Numbered from the stretch's first letter, positions 1-10,112 are shown. The stretch: 64,000 bases of DNA from Atribacterota bacterium (GCA_040767965.1 JAXGNR010000004.1:448001-512000), one strand, 5' to 3'. Made by a program: numbers and translations. Notes: generated by a model not told the origin, from the sequence alone.

Positions 1-2
1 TA

Positions 3-653
3 AAAGGACATACCGGGAATCTGGTTTTAGGTGAATTAGAAGGAAAACCTATAGTTGCGATGCAGGGAAGGTTTCACTTTTATGAAGGATACAGCATGCA
101 GGAAATTACCTTCCCGGTGAGGGTAATGAAAGAATTAGGTGCAGATATTATTATAATATCAAACGCAGCCGGAGGTATGAGCCGCTACTTTAGAAGAGGA
201 GATTTAATGCTTATAAATGACCATATTAATTTGATGGGTGACAATCCTTTAATTGGCCCAAATGACGATAGTTTAGGTCCTCGATTTCCTGATATGTCTC
301 AACCATATGATTTAAAATTAAGAGAATTAGCTGTAAGGTCAGCTCTTGAAGAAGGAATATTTCTTCATAATGGCGTTTATGCTGGATTAACCGGACCTAT
401 GTTGGAAACACCTGCTGAATATCGTTTTTTGATAAAAATTGGCGCTGATGCAGTGGGAATGTCTACTATTCCTGAAGTAATAGTTGCCAATCATATGGGC
501 ATGAAAGTTTTGGGCATTTCCTGTATTACTGATCTGGCGATTGATGGTGTTGTCGAAAAGGTTGAATTTGGTGAAATACTACAAGCTGCAGCTAAAGCAG
601 AACCAGTTTTGACCAAACTTGTTAGAAAGGTAATAAAAATACTTGATAACTAA
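3..653 (+). CDS. punA: Purine nucleoside phosphorylase, trimeric PNP/MTAP family (5' end outside the window)
   Basis: Frame is open from nt 3 (KGHTGNLVLG); motifs MQGRFHFYEG, SNAAGG, GPMLETPAE, GADAVGMST. Confidence 0.9.
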   Translation, partial: KGHTGNLVLGELEGKPIVAMQGRFHFYEGYSMQEITFPVRVMKELGADIIIISNAAGGMSRYFRRGDLMLINDHINLMGDNPLIGPNDDSLGPRFPDMSQPYDLKLRELAVRSALEEGIFLHNGVYAGLTGPMLETPAEYRFLIKIGADAVGMSTIPEVIVANHMGMKVLGISCITDLAIDGVVEKVEFGEILQAAAKAEPVLTKLVRKVIKILDN

Positions 654-1104
654 TCTTTTAAAAATATCTTTATTGGCAACACTTCCCGTAATGGAATTAC
701 GTGGGGCTATACCCATCGCAATCAATTATTATAAATTACCAGTTATTTCAAGTTATTTATTTGCTGTTCTGGGTAATATTTTACCGGCAATTTTCTTATT
801 AATCTATTTAAAGCCATTTTCAGATTTTTTAAGAAAATGGCATATTTTTGATTTATTTTTTAATTGGCTTTTCAAGAGAACAGGAAGGCATGAAAAAAAA
901 TATGAAAAATATGGTGCCTTATTTTTACTGTTTTTTGTGTCAATACCTTTGCCAGTTACCGGTGTCTGGACAGCATCTGCTGCAGCATTTTTATTCGGTA
1001 TTAGATTTTGGTATGCTCTACCGATGATGATTGGTGGAGTAATGATTGCAGGAATTATTGTCACTGCAGCTACCTTAGGTGTAGTTAATTTATTTGGTCT
1101 GTAA
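643..1104 (+). CDS. COG2426 / putative small multidrug export family membrane protein
   Basis: LPVMELRGAIP and IPLPVTGVWTAS motifs; about 4 hydrophobic segments. Confidence 0.8.
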   Translation: MITNLLKISLLATLPVMELRGAIPIAINYYKLPVISSYLFAVLGNILPAIFLLIYLKPFSDFLRKWHIFDLFFNWLFKRTGRHEKKYEKYGALFLLFFVSIPLPVTGVWTASAAAFLFGIRFWYALPMMIGGVMIAGIIVTAATLGVVNLFGL

Positions 1105-1181
1105 ATATGTATTTTTCAGAAGTATAATAATGCAAAAAAATTCAAAAACAATAATATAAATAAAAAAATGAGAAAGAGAAT

Positions 1182-2225
1182 ATGCTAAAAACAATTGAGT
1201 GGAAAAATAATCAATTAGTAATGGTTGATCAAAGAAAATTGCCCCACCAATTAGAATTAATAGTTTGTCGTGATTATCAGGATGTAGTTAATGCTATAAA
1301 AGTGATGGCTGTCAGAGGTGCTCCAGCAATAGGAACGGCTGCTGCTTTTGGCATGGCTCTGGCAGCTTTAAATATAAACGCAGAAAATATTTCCGATTAT
1401 ATAAAGGAATTAGAAAAAGTAAAAAATGAGCTGGCTAGCACAAGACCAACCGCAGTAAATTTATTTTGGGCTTTAGAAAAAGTTTGGGAAGTTGTAAAAA
1501 ATATAGGTGGGAGTAAAATAGAATTACAGCGGAATATTTTAGCAAAAGCAGAGCAGATTGCCGAGCAGGATATTAAAACCAATCTCTTAATTGGGGAAAA
1601 TGGGGTAAAATTATTTGATAATGGAGATGTAATTTTAACTCATTGCAATGCTGGATCGCTGGCAACAGTATATTATGGAACTGCTTTAGGAGTAATAAGG
1701 TCGGTTTTTAAAAGAAAAGAGAATATCAGAGTTGTTGCTAATGAGACCAGGCCAGTTCTGCAAGGAGCCAGAATAACAGCATGGGAATTAAAATATGACA
1801 GAATACCTGTTACTCTGATTTGTGATTCCACCGCAGGTTTTCTTATGGCGCAAGGGAAAATTAGCAAGGTAATTGTAGGTGCTGACAGGATTGCGGCAAA
1901 TGGAGATGTAGCCAATAAAATAGGTACTTATAGTTTATCCGTATTAGCTAAGGAACATAAAATACCTTTTTATGTAGCAGCACCTTGTTCAACAATTGAT
2001 TTTAGTATTAAAAGTAAAAAAAATATTCCAATTGAAGAAAGAAACCCTTCTGAAGTAACTACAATCATGGGAAAATCTATTGCTCCAGCTGGAATTGATG
2101 TTTACAATCCGGCATTTGACTTAACTCCAAACAGCAATATTACTGCTTTAATAACAGAAGAAGGGATTGTAAAACCACCATTTTTTGCTAATCTAAAAAA
2201 AATAAAGAAAAACATTTTAAAATGA
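1182..2225 (+). CDS. mtnA: S-methyl-5-thioribose-1-phosphate isomerase
   Basis: VRGAPAIG, TRPTAVNL, THCNAGSLAT, ETRPVLQGAR, GDVANKIGTY, NPAFDLTP. Confidence 0.95.
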   Translation: MLKTIEWKNNQLVMVDQRKLPHQLELIVCRDYQDVVNAIKVMAVRGAPAIGTAAAFGMALAALNINAENISDYIKELEKVKNELASTRPTAVNLFWALEKVWEVVKNIGGSKIELQRNILAKAEQIAEQDIKTNLLIGENGVKLFDNGDVILTHCNAGSLATVYYGTALGVIRSVFKRKENIRVVANETRPVLQGARITAWELKYDRIPVTLICDSTAGFLMAQGKISKVIVGADRIAANGDVANKIGTYSLSVLAKEHKIPFYVAAPCSTIDFSIKSKKNIPIEERNPSEVTTIMGKSIAPAGIDVYNPAFDLTPNSNITALITEEGIVKPPFFANLKKIKKNILK

Positions 2226-2248
2226 AAAGCTGTATTTGAGGTGAATTA

Positions 2249-3508
2249 ATGCAATATCAGGATAAATTTTATATAACTGGTGGGAAAGAGCTTAATGGAG
2301 AAGTGGTAATTGATGGAGCTAAAAATTCTGCACTTTCTATCATGGCTGCTTGTCTTCTAAGCAGAGAATTGAGTATTTTAGATAATGTTCCTAGATTAAA
2401 AGATGTCTACAGTATGATTGAAGTAATAAAAGTATTAGGAGTCAAAGTAGAATGGTTAGGAGAAAGCAAGCTATCCATTGATCCTGATGATTTTAATAAT
2501 TACGAAGCTCCCTATGAACTGGTAAAAACCATGAGGGCATCTTTCTTAGTAATGGGACCATTGTTAGCCAGACTAAAAAAAGCTAAAATATCTTTACCCG
2601 GAGGATGTGCCATTGGAGCCCGACCGGTTGATTTTCATTTAAAGGGTTTTAAGACTTTAGGAGCAGAAATAACAACCGATCAAGGATATATAAAAGCAGA
2701 AGTAAAAAAACTGGCTGGAAATGAGATTTATCTAGATTTTCCAAGCCTTGGGGCTACGGAAAATATAATGATGGCTGCATCTTTAGCAGAAGGGAAAACA
2801 GTTATTGAAAATGCTGCCAAAGATCCTGAAGTAATAGAATTAGGGAATTTCCTGAATAAAATGGGAGCAAAAATCGAAGGATTGGGAAATGATATTATAA
2901 CTGTTCAGGGAGTAAAAAAACTTAATGGAGTCCAATATGAAATAATTCCAGATCGGATTGAAGGCGGTACTTATATGATTGCAGCCGCCATTGCAGGTGG
3001 AAAAGTAAAAATAAAAAATGTTAACCCATATTATTTAAAATCATGTATTGTTAAGTTAGAAGAGGCTGGATTAGAAATCAAAACAAAAGACAATGTAGCT
3101 ATGGTGTCCAGCCCAAATGGGATTAAGTCTGTCGATATAAAAACAATGCCTTTCCCTGGGTTTCCTACTGATATGCAAGCTCAGTTTATGGCTTTAATGG
3201 CCGTTGCTAATGGTACCAGTATAATTACCGAAAATGTTTTTGAGAATAGATTTGCTCATACCGGGGATTTAAGAAGAATGGGTGCAGATATTAAAATTGA
3301 AGGCAGAAACAGTATAATTAAAGGAGTAAAAAAGTTAAGTGCAGCTCCGGTTATGGCATCAGATTTAAGAGGAGGAGCCGCCCTGGTATTAGCAGCACTG
3401 GCCGCTGAAGGAACAACAGAAATAAGCAGAATTTATCATATAGATAGAGGATATGTCAAGCTGGAAGAAAAGCTAAAAAAACTAGGAGCAGATATAACCA
3501 GAGGTTGA
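2249..3508 (+). CDS. murA: UDP-N-acetylglucosamine 1-carboxyvinyltransferase
   Basis: GAKNSAL, LPGGCAIGARP (catalytic Cys), PGFPTDMQAQ, HIDRGY. Confidence 0.97.
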   Translation: MQYQDKFYITGGKELNGEVVIDGAKNSALSIMAACLLSRELSILDNVPRLKDVYSMIEVIKVLGVKVEWLGESKLSIDPDDFNNYEAPYELVKTMRASFLVMGPLLARLKKAKISLPGGCAIGARPVDFHLKGFKTLGAEITTDQGYIKAEVKKLAGNEIYLDFPSLGATENIMMAASLAEGKTVIENAAKDPEVIELGNFLNKMGAKIEGLGNDIITVQGVKKLNGVQYEIIPDRIEGGTYMIAAAIAGGKVKIKNVNPYYLKSCIVKLEEAGLEIKTKDNVAMVSSPNGIKSVDIKTMPFPGFPTDMQAQFMALMAVANGTSIITENVFENRFAHTGDLRRMGADIKIEGRNSIIKGVKKLSAAPVMASDLRGGAALVLAALAAEGTTEISRIYHIDRGYVKLEEKLKKLGADITRG

Positions 3509-3624
3509 GAAATTTTATTATTAAATAATAATAAATTATACATTTGATGAATGTGTTACAATAAAAACTATAAATTTACAACAAATGACGAAAAAAAGTG
3601 ATTTTTTGAGGAGGGTCTCATCTT

Positions 3625-4644
3625 ATGCTGGGATTTGATAAAAGTTTAGGAATAGATTTAGGAACTGTAAGTGTATTGATATTCCAAAAAGGAGCAGGGA
3701 TAGTGCTACAAGAGCCTTCTGTTGTTTCTATATATAAAGATACCGGTAAAGTTTTCGCAGTTGGTAAAGACGCGAAAGAAATGCTAGGAAAAACTCCCGG
3801 TAATATTATTGCTCTTGAGCCGATGAAAGCCGGGGTTATAGCTGATTATGATGTCACAGAAAAAATGCTGACTTATTTCATTAAAAAAGTTTCAGCGAAT
3901 TCCCGGTTATTTAAACCCCAGGTTGTAATTTGTGTTCCTGCTGGGGGGACTGAAGTGGAAAAAAGAGCTGTTTTAGAGGCTGCACTTCACGCAGGAGCCA
4001 AAAAGGCTTATTTGGTGGAAGAGTCAATAGCTGCAGCCATAGGTGCAGGATTGGATATTAGCGAACCTTATGGGAATATGGTTGTTGATGTAGGTGGTGG
4101 CACTACTGATATTGCTGTTATCTCCCTTGGTGGTATTGTAGAAAGTGAATCACTGCGAGTTGCAGGCAATAATTTTGATGACAACATAGTTAAATATATC
4201 AAAAGTAAATATAATTTGATGATTGGTGAAAAAACTGCTGAAAATTTAAAGATTGAAATTGGCTCTGCTATGGAAATGGAAAAAGAAATGTATGCAGAAA
4301 TCAGAGGAAGAGATCTGGTAACTGGATTACCTAAAACAATTGAAGTAGGCTCTTCTGAAGTATTAGAAGCTATATCTAAAACTTTAGAATCGATACTGGA
4401 TGGCATCCGAATGGTTTTGGAAAGAACTCCTCCAGAGTTATCAGCAGACATTGCTGACAAAGGAATGATTCTCACCGGCGGAGGTTCCTTATTAAGAAAT
4501 TTTGATATTTTATTAACTAAGGTTAATAAAATACCTGCATATGTTGCTGAAAATCCTATTTCCTGTGTAGCTCTAGGAGCAGGAAAAGTATTGGATCAAA
4601 TTCATCTATTAAAACAAGGGCTGATAACCAGCACTCAAAGATAA
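3625..4644 (+). CDS. mreB: MreB/Mbl family actin-like rod shape protein (no mreC downstream, so Mbl-like context)
   Basis: GIDLGT, VDVGGGTTDIAVISLGG, LTGGGSLL. Confidence 0.92.
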   Translation: MLGFDKSLGIDLGTVSVLIFQKGAGIVLQEPSVVSIYKDTGKVFAVGKDAKEMLGKTPGNIIALEPMKAGVIADYDVTEKMLTYFIKKVSANSRLFKPQVVICVPAGGTEVEKRAVLEAALHAGAKKAYLVEESIAAAIGAGLDISEPYGNMVVDVGGGTTDIAVISLGGIVESESLRVAGNNFDDNIVKYIKSKYNLMIGEKTAENLKIEIGSAMEMEKEMYAEIRGRDLVTGLPKTIEVGSSEVLEAISKTLESILDGIRMVLERTPPELSADIADKGMILTGGGSLLRNFDILLTKVNKIPAYVAENPISCVALGAGKVLDQIHLLKQGLITSTQR

Positions 4645-4695
4645 TAAAATAAAAAATGTAAAAATAATTTGATAGATTTTTAATTAGGGAAAATT

Positions 4696-6597
4696 ATGAA
4701 TAAAATAGTTAACCACAAGATTACTGAAAAGAAAAAGTTATTTCTATTTTGTGGCTTATTTCATATTTTTTTGTTGATTTTATTTATAAATGGGATAATA
4801 ATTATTTGTGCAAAACCGCATAACATAATACCTGTTTCAGAGATATTACCAGGAATGACCGGAATCGGTAAAACAGTATTTTCTGGACTGGAAATAGAAG
4901 AATTTGAAGTAACTGTAATTGATATTATCGCTGGAACAGAAATCAATGAAGATTATATATTGGTACAGTTAAGCGGCAATAATATTGATAAAAATGGCGG
5001 TATTTCTGCCGGGATGAGTGGATCTCCTGTTTATTTCGGGAAGAGATTAGCAGGTGCGGTTTCTCATGCCTGGGAAATGAGTGAGCATAATTTATGTCTA
5101 ATAACGCCCATTGAAAATATGTTGCCAATGCTGGAAGGCTTTAAACAACAAAAAACGGAAACAGATACTGATTATGAATTTCAAAAAGATATTTTAATTC
5201 CATTTGATGACAATTTCCCAAAAGAAATATTTGAAGATTATATTTCAAAAAAAGATTTAACAGGATATATTAGCAAAAAATTGTGGGCAAATTTTAAACC
5301 TATAAAAACCCCTTTAATAATAACCGGATTTACTGGTCGTTCGCAAGATATTTTTAAGCAATATTTTTCAAAACAAAATCTTAATTTAATTAATAATAAT
5401 CAGATATTTCCGGCAATGGAAAATATAAAATCTTTAGAATTTGAAGCTGTTGATCCACAGCCGGGATCTGCAATTGGTGTACAACTTTCTACAGGTGATG
5501 CCAGCGTTTTAGCCATTGGTACAGCAACTTATTGCTATGATAATCTGGTTTTAGCCTTAGGTCATCCCTTTATGCATACAGGTGATGCCTCCTTTCTGTT
5601 TTCTGCTGTTTACATTTATCATAGTTTTCCAAATATTATTATGCCCTTTAAAATAGGGGCTCCCTATCAACTGCTTGGTGAAGTTGTCCAGGATCGCAGT
5701 TCTGGAATTCTAGCTCGTGTTGGGTATTATCCTAAAATAGTTTCCTGCAAAATAAGCATTACCGATTTAGACCGCGAAAAATACAAGGAGAGTGGTGCAA
5801 AAATAATACCTCAAGGTAATATAGTACAAAGTATTACTAATGCCTTAATAATTCAATCCATCGACAGTGCAATAGACAGAATAGGATCAGGAACTGCTAC
5901 AGTGAAAATAGAATTAAAAACCAGTGTTCCAAACAGTTTATTTATCCATAAAAATATCTTCTTCAGTAAAGATGATATTGCAACACAATGCATAAACGAT
6001 TTTAATGAAATTATAGACTTAGTGGTCAACAATTATTGTGAAATTATTTCCTTAAGCGAAATCAAGGTTCATGTTGATATTACAGAAGAAAATCAAAGTG
6101 CGATCTTGAAGGAAATGGAAATAGATAAAAAAGAATATTCACCTGGCGAAAAAATTGAAATTAAATTAAAACTGAAACCTTTTCGTAGACCGGAAGAGGA
6201 GAAGATAGTAGAACTGAATATAAGTGAAGATTTAGATGAAGGAGAATTTGTATTAATTGTAAAAGGTGGGTTTTCTGATGAGAATTCTTTAGAGCAGATG
6301 ATATCTCAGAATAATGATAAATATTTGTTAAATGGATGGGAAGAGATTAAGAATGATTTTGAAAAAAGAGTTAAAAATAACCAGATTATTGCAGAATTAA
6401 TTCGCTTGAACAAACATGAAAGAAAAGACTTGAATTGGGAAGATAATTCTGAGCCAGAAGAAAAGGAAATTAAAGAATTATTAGATACAAATTATATAGT
6501 AGAAGGGCAACATGAGATTTATCTAAGTGTTATAAATTATAATAATAAAAATATAGAAAACAGTGATAAAGAAGGTAGGAGTAATAATAATGAATAA
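4696..6597 (+). CDS. SpoIVB-like peptidase S55 domain protein, long form, N-terminal membrane anchor or signal
   Basis: GMTGIGKTVFSG, GISAGMSGSPV, LAGAVS, LGHPF; hydrophobic N-terminus. Confidence 0.85.
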   Translation: MNKIVNHKITEKKKLFLFCGLFHIFLLILFINGIIIICAKPHNIIPVSEILPGMTGIGKTVFSGLEIEEFEVTVIDIIAGTEINEDYILVQLSGNNIDKNGGISAGMSGSPVYFGKRLAGAVSHAWEMSEHNLCLITPIENMLPMLEGFKQQKTETDTDYEFQKDILIPFDDNFPKEIFEDYISKKDLTGYISKKLWANFKPIKTPLIITGFTGRSQDIFKQYFSKQNLNLINNNQIFPAMENIKSLEFEAVDPQPGSAIGVQLSTGDASVLAIGTATYCYDNLVLALGHPFMHTGDASFLFSAVYIYHSFPNIIMPFKIGAPYQLLGEVVQDRSSGILARVGYYPKIVSCKISITDLDREKYKESGAKIIPQGNIVQSITNALIIQSIDSAIDRIGSGTATVKIELKTSVPNSLFIHKNIFFSKDDIATQCINDFNEIIDLVVNNYCEIISLSEIKVHVDITEENQSAILKEMEIDKKEYSPGEKIEIKLKLKPFRRPEEEKIVELNISEDLDEGEFVLIVKGGFSDENSLEQMISQNNDKYLLNGWEEIKNDFEKRVKNNQIIAELIRLNKHERKDLNWEDNSEPEEKEIKELLDTNYIVEGQHEIYLSVINYNNKNIENSDKEGRSNNNE

Positions 6598-7279
6598 TAT
6601 TGCAATTATCGCAGCTGCTGGAAATGGCGAAAGACTGAATTGCAATAAAAATAAAATGCTAATAAAAATACTTGATAAACCTCTGCTGGCATATACCCTG
6701 AATCAATTTGAAGAAACAGCCTTTGTCAAAGGGGTTATCTTGGTTATTAGAGAAAAAGATTTTCAGAAAATTATGGATGAAATCATAAATAAATATAATT
6801 ACAAAAAAATCATAAAAGTTATTGCTGGCGGAGCAACAAGACAAGAATCGATATATTGTGGATTAAATGCTGTTCCCCAAAGGACTGAATTGGTGTGTAT
6901 TCATGATGGAGCTAGGCCTTTTGTAAAAGACTGGATGATAGAAAAGACATTCGAATTGGCCTCTTTGTATGATGGAGCTATTGTTGCTATTCCTGCCTTT
7001 GAGACTATCAAACAAACATTCCGGGATAAACAAACAATAAAAATGACTCTGGATAGAGAAAAATTATGGATAGCTCAAACTCCCCAGGCATTTAAATTCC
7101 AATATTTAAAGGAATTATATGAAAGGGCAATTTCAAAAGGGATAATGGCTACAGATGATTCCTCTATAGTGGAATATTTTGGAGGAAAAGTAAAAATAAT
7201 TGTCGGGGAAAGGGAAAATATTAAAATTACTACTCCGATTGATATTATGTTAGCAGAAATGTTATTAAAAAATGATTAA
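6590..7279 (+). CDS. ispD: 2-C-methyl-D-erythritol 4-phosphate cytidylyltransferase
   Basis: AAAGNGER, GGATRQES, IHDGARP, QTPQAF, TDDSS, NIKITTP; ATG 6590 follows a GGAG SD. Confidence 0.95.
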   Translation: MNNIAIIAAAGNGERLNCNKNKMLIKILDKPLLAYTLNQFEETAFVKGVILVIREKDFQKIMDEIINKYNYKKIIKVIAGGATRQESIYCGLNAVPQRTELVCIHDGARPFVKDWMIEKTFELASLYDGAIVAIPAFETIKQTFRDKQTIKMTLDREKLWIAQTPQAFKFQYLKELYERAISKGIMATDDSSIVEYFGGKVKIIVGERENIKITTPIDIMLAEMLLKND

Positions 7280-8147
7280 ACTAAAAAGTTATGCAAAAAT
7301 AAATTTATTTCTGGATATTAAAGAAAGAATAGATAATGGCTACCATCTAATAGAGACTATTTTCCAAACTATAAATATTTTTGATGAAATTATAATCGAA
7401 AAATTAAATGAGCCAGTTTTCTTAATTAAATGTGATAACCCGGATGTACCAACTGGAGAAAATAGCTTAATTTATCAAGCTATTAAAAAAGTAATGGGGA
7501 ACACTAAACAAGGTTTATCTGTAAAAATCAAGAAGAATGTTCCTCTAGCTGCAGGACTTGGAGGAGGGTCTTCTAATGTTGCTGCTATATTATTGGGATT
7601 ACAGAGATTATTTAATTTTTCATTCAATCTAAAAGAATTAATAACAATAGCTACTGATTTAGGAATGGATATTCCTTATTTTTTCGTGAGAGGTACAGTT
7701 TATGGCACAGGTCGTGGAGAAATACTTTATCAACTACAGCCAATCAAAGGCCCTCTTAAATTAATACTGATAAATCCTAATTTTCAAATAACTTCAAAAT
7801 GGGCTTATCAAGCTTATGATGAGGAATATGAAAAGAGAAAACAAAATAAAGAAATAAAACAGTATTTACACCAATGCAGTGAATTAAAACTAGCTGACTT
7901 AAAAAAGATTGCTTTTAATAGTTTTGATGCTACAATTGTTAAATTCTATCCTTTGATTAAAGAGATAAAATCACAATTAAAAGAAACTGGTGCTTCAGTA
8001 GTTTCTGTTTCTGGAAGCGGGCCAACTGTATATGGTATATATGAAGATGTCAAAACAAGAAACGATGCTTTTTATTTGTTGAAAGACAAATATCCATTAG
8101 TACTTAAGGCAAATACTATCAGGGCTAAAAATATATTTTGTAAATAA
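7272..8147 (+). CDS. ispE: 4-diphosphocytidyl-2-C-methyl-D-erythritol kinase
   Basis: AKINLFL, PLAAGLGGGSSN, SGSGPT (GHMP kinase). Confidence 0.95.
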   Translation: MIKLKSYAKINLFLDIKERIDNGYHLIETIFQTINIFDEIIIEKLNEPVFLIKCDNPDVPTGENSLIYQAIKKVMGNTKQGLSVKIKKNVPLAAGLGGGSSNVAAILLGLQRLFNFSFNLKELITIATDLGMDIPYFFVRGTVYGTGRGEILYQLQPIKGPLKLILINPNFQITSKWAYQAYDEEYEKRKQNKEIKQYLHQCSELKLADLKKIAFNSFDATIVKFYPLIKEIKSQLKETGASVVSVSGSGPTVYGIYEDVKTRNDAFYLLKDKYPLVLKANTIRAKNIFCK

Positions 8148-8197
8148 TTATGCGAATTTGATATTTCTTAACTTTATTAAGCAGTAAAAGGAAAAAA

Positions 8198-8674
8198 ATG
8201 AAAATAGGTTTTGGATATGACATTCATCCCTTGCAAGAAGGAAGAAATCTTATTTTAGGTGGTCAAAAAATCAATTATAAAAAAGGTTTAGCAGGGCATT
8301 CTGATGCCGATGTGCTGATACATGCTGTTATGGATGCTTTGCTTGGAGCAGCTGGTCTGGGAGACCTTGGAATGCATTTTCCGGATACTAATCCCAGATT
8401 GGAAAATATCTCAAGCATGATTATGTTATCACATGTTGTTACTTTGTTAAAAAAAGTGAAATATAAAATAAGTAATATTGATGCAACAGTTGTACTGGAG
8501 AATCCAAAAATAGCAGATTATTATCCTAAAATGAAAAAAAATCTTTCTAGTATATTAAAAATATCTGAAAGCAATATTAACATTAAAGCAACAACCAATG
8601 AAAAAATGGGCCCCGTGGGAAGAGAAGAAGGGATAGCAGCATTTTGTGTAGTATTAATAGAAAAAATTGTATAA
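8198..8674 (+). CDS. ispF: 2-C-methyl-D-erythritol 2,4-cyclodiphosphate synthase
   Basis: GFGYDIH, GHSDADVLIHA, FPDT, KATTNE. Confidence 0.96.
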   Translation: MKIGFGYDIHPLQEGRNLILGGQKINYKKGLAGHSDADVLIHAVMDALLGAAGLGDLGMHFPDTNPRLENISSMIMLSHVVTLLKKVKYKISNIDATVVLENPKIADYYPKMKKNLSSILKISESNINIKATTNEKMGPVGREEGIAAFCVVLIEKIV

Positions 8675-8786
8675 TACATTAGAAATGTGTTATAAATATT
8701 GTCCAAAGAAGGTAATATTTTAAACTGGAATAATTAAAATTATTAAAAAAAATATCCTAACTGAAAAAGAAAGGAGAAATATAATT

Positions 8787-9155
8787 ATGAATGATGAAAA
8801 TAAAAATGAAAACAATGAAATTAATGGTGAAAACAATCAAAAATTGTATCCTCATCAATTACCATTAACTACACTTCTCTCCTGGTTTATTAGCATATTA
8901 AATGGAAAAGCATGGGAATATCTTGGATTGATGATGAATCCTGAAACCAGGGAAATTAACCAGGATTTAAGAAAGGCTAAAATATCTATTGATAGTATTG
9001 GCTTTTTATATGAACAAATAAAAGGTGAACTGGAAAAAGAAGAGAAAGTACAAATGGAAAACCATATTGCTAATCTGCACATGAATTTTGTTGAAAAAAC
9101 TAAGGAAAAGAAAAGTTTTACTGAAAATTCCTCAGACAAAGAAGTGCAAAAATAA
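8787..9155 (+). CDS. DUF1844-like protein
   Basis: AWEYLGLMMNP...DLRKAKISID...L helical pattern; AAGGAG SD. Confidence 0.7.
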   Translation: MNDENKNENNEINGENNQKLYPHQLPLTTLLSWFISILNGKAWEYLGLMMNPETREINQDLRKAKISIDSIGFLYEQIKGELEKEEKVQMENHIANLHMNFVEKTKEKKSFTENSSDKEVQK

Positions 9156-9191
9156 TAATATCCATACTAGACGTTAAAGGGGGAATATATA

Positions 9192-10112
9192 TTGAAAGAA
9201 TTATTTAAAAAATATAAAGAAATTAGATTTTGGGTATTTTTAATGTTACCTCTTTTCTGCATAACCGTTTCCGGCATTACCCAAGATGCTCGATCTTATT
9301 ATGAAAATGGTTATCAATATTTTTCCCAGGGAGATTACCAAAAAGCAGAAGAAAGCTATCAGAAAGCAATTGAGTTAAACCCTGATTTTGAAGATGCCCA
9401 TTATTGGTTGGGGAAGGTTTATAGACAAACAGGTCAGCACACCCAAGCAGTTCCCCAATGGATTGAAGTTTTAAGGATTAACCCAAGAAACCCTTATGCT
9501 TTTAGATATTTAAATGAAAGTTTTCGCAGTACTCCCAGAATTCAAAATGGCAAAGCACAAGATTTTTATGAAGAAAGTTTAAAAATTTTGAAGATTACAA
9601 AAGAAGAATATTTTTTAAATGAAAATAATTATAATATTACTGAATTATTGCAAGTAGCTCCATATTTCAGAAAGGCTCTAGAATTAGAGGATGATTTTAT
9701 TCCTGCATATTATTGGCTTGGAGAATTATACAAGATATTATCAAAAAAAATTAGCTGGCAATACACTTCAATGGCTATCAACAATTTTGAGAATGTCATT
9801 AAAATTGAAGAAGAAAAAACCCCTATAACACTTACCAGACCAGCAGAATATTGGTATACTTATCAAGAGTTGGCAGATATTTATCAATCATTAGGTTTAA
9901 ATGAAAGAAAAGATAATCTATTGTTAAGATTACACGAAATTAAGGCTAAAGCATATGAAAAAATACTGGCAAAATCTGATTTTACTGACTTGGGTTATCC
10001 AGATGCAGTTGAAATTGTTAAAGAACAGGATAAAATTTCTGAACGCTGGAAATATACAGAAGAAGGAATAGTCTTAAGGGTTATAAATGCAGAAGTTGTC
10101 GGAAAAGAATAG
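9192..10112 (+). CDS. Exported tetratricopeptide repeat protein
   Basis: N-terminal hydrophobic signal; TPR motifs (AEESYQKAIELNP, AHYWLGKVY, AYYWLGELY). Confidence 0.8.
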   Translation: MKELFKKYKEIRFWVFLMLPLFCITVSGITQDARSYYENGYQYFSQGDYQKAEESYQKAIELNPDFEDAHYWLGKVYRQTGQHTQAVPQWIEVLRINPRNPYAFRYLNESFRSTPRIQNGKAQDFYEESLKILKITKEEYFLNENNYNITELLQVAPYFRKALELEDDFIPAYYWLGELYKILSKKISWQYTSMAINNFENVIKIEEEKTPITLTRPAEYWYTYQELADIYQSLGLNERKDNLLLRLHEIKAKAYEKILAKSDFTDLGYPDAVEIVKEQDKISERWKYTEEGIVLRVINAEVVGKE

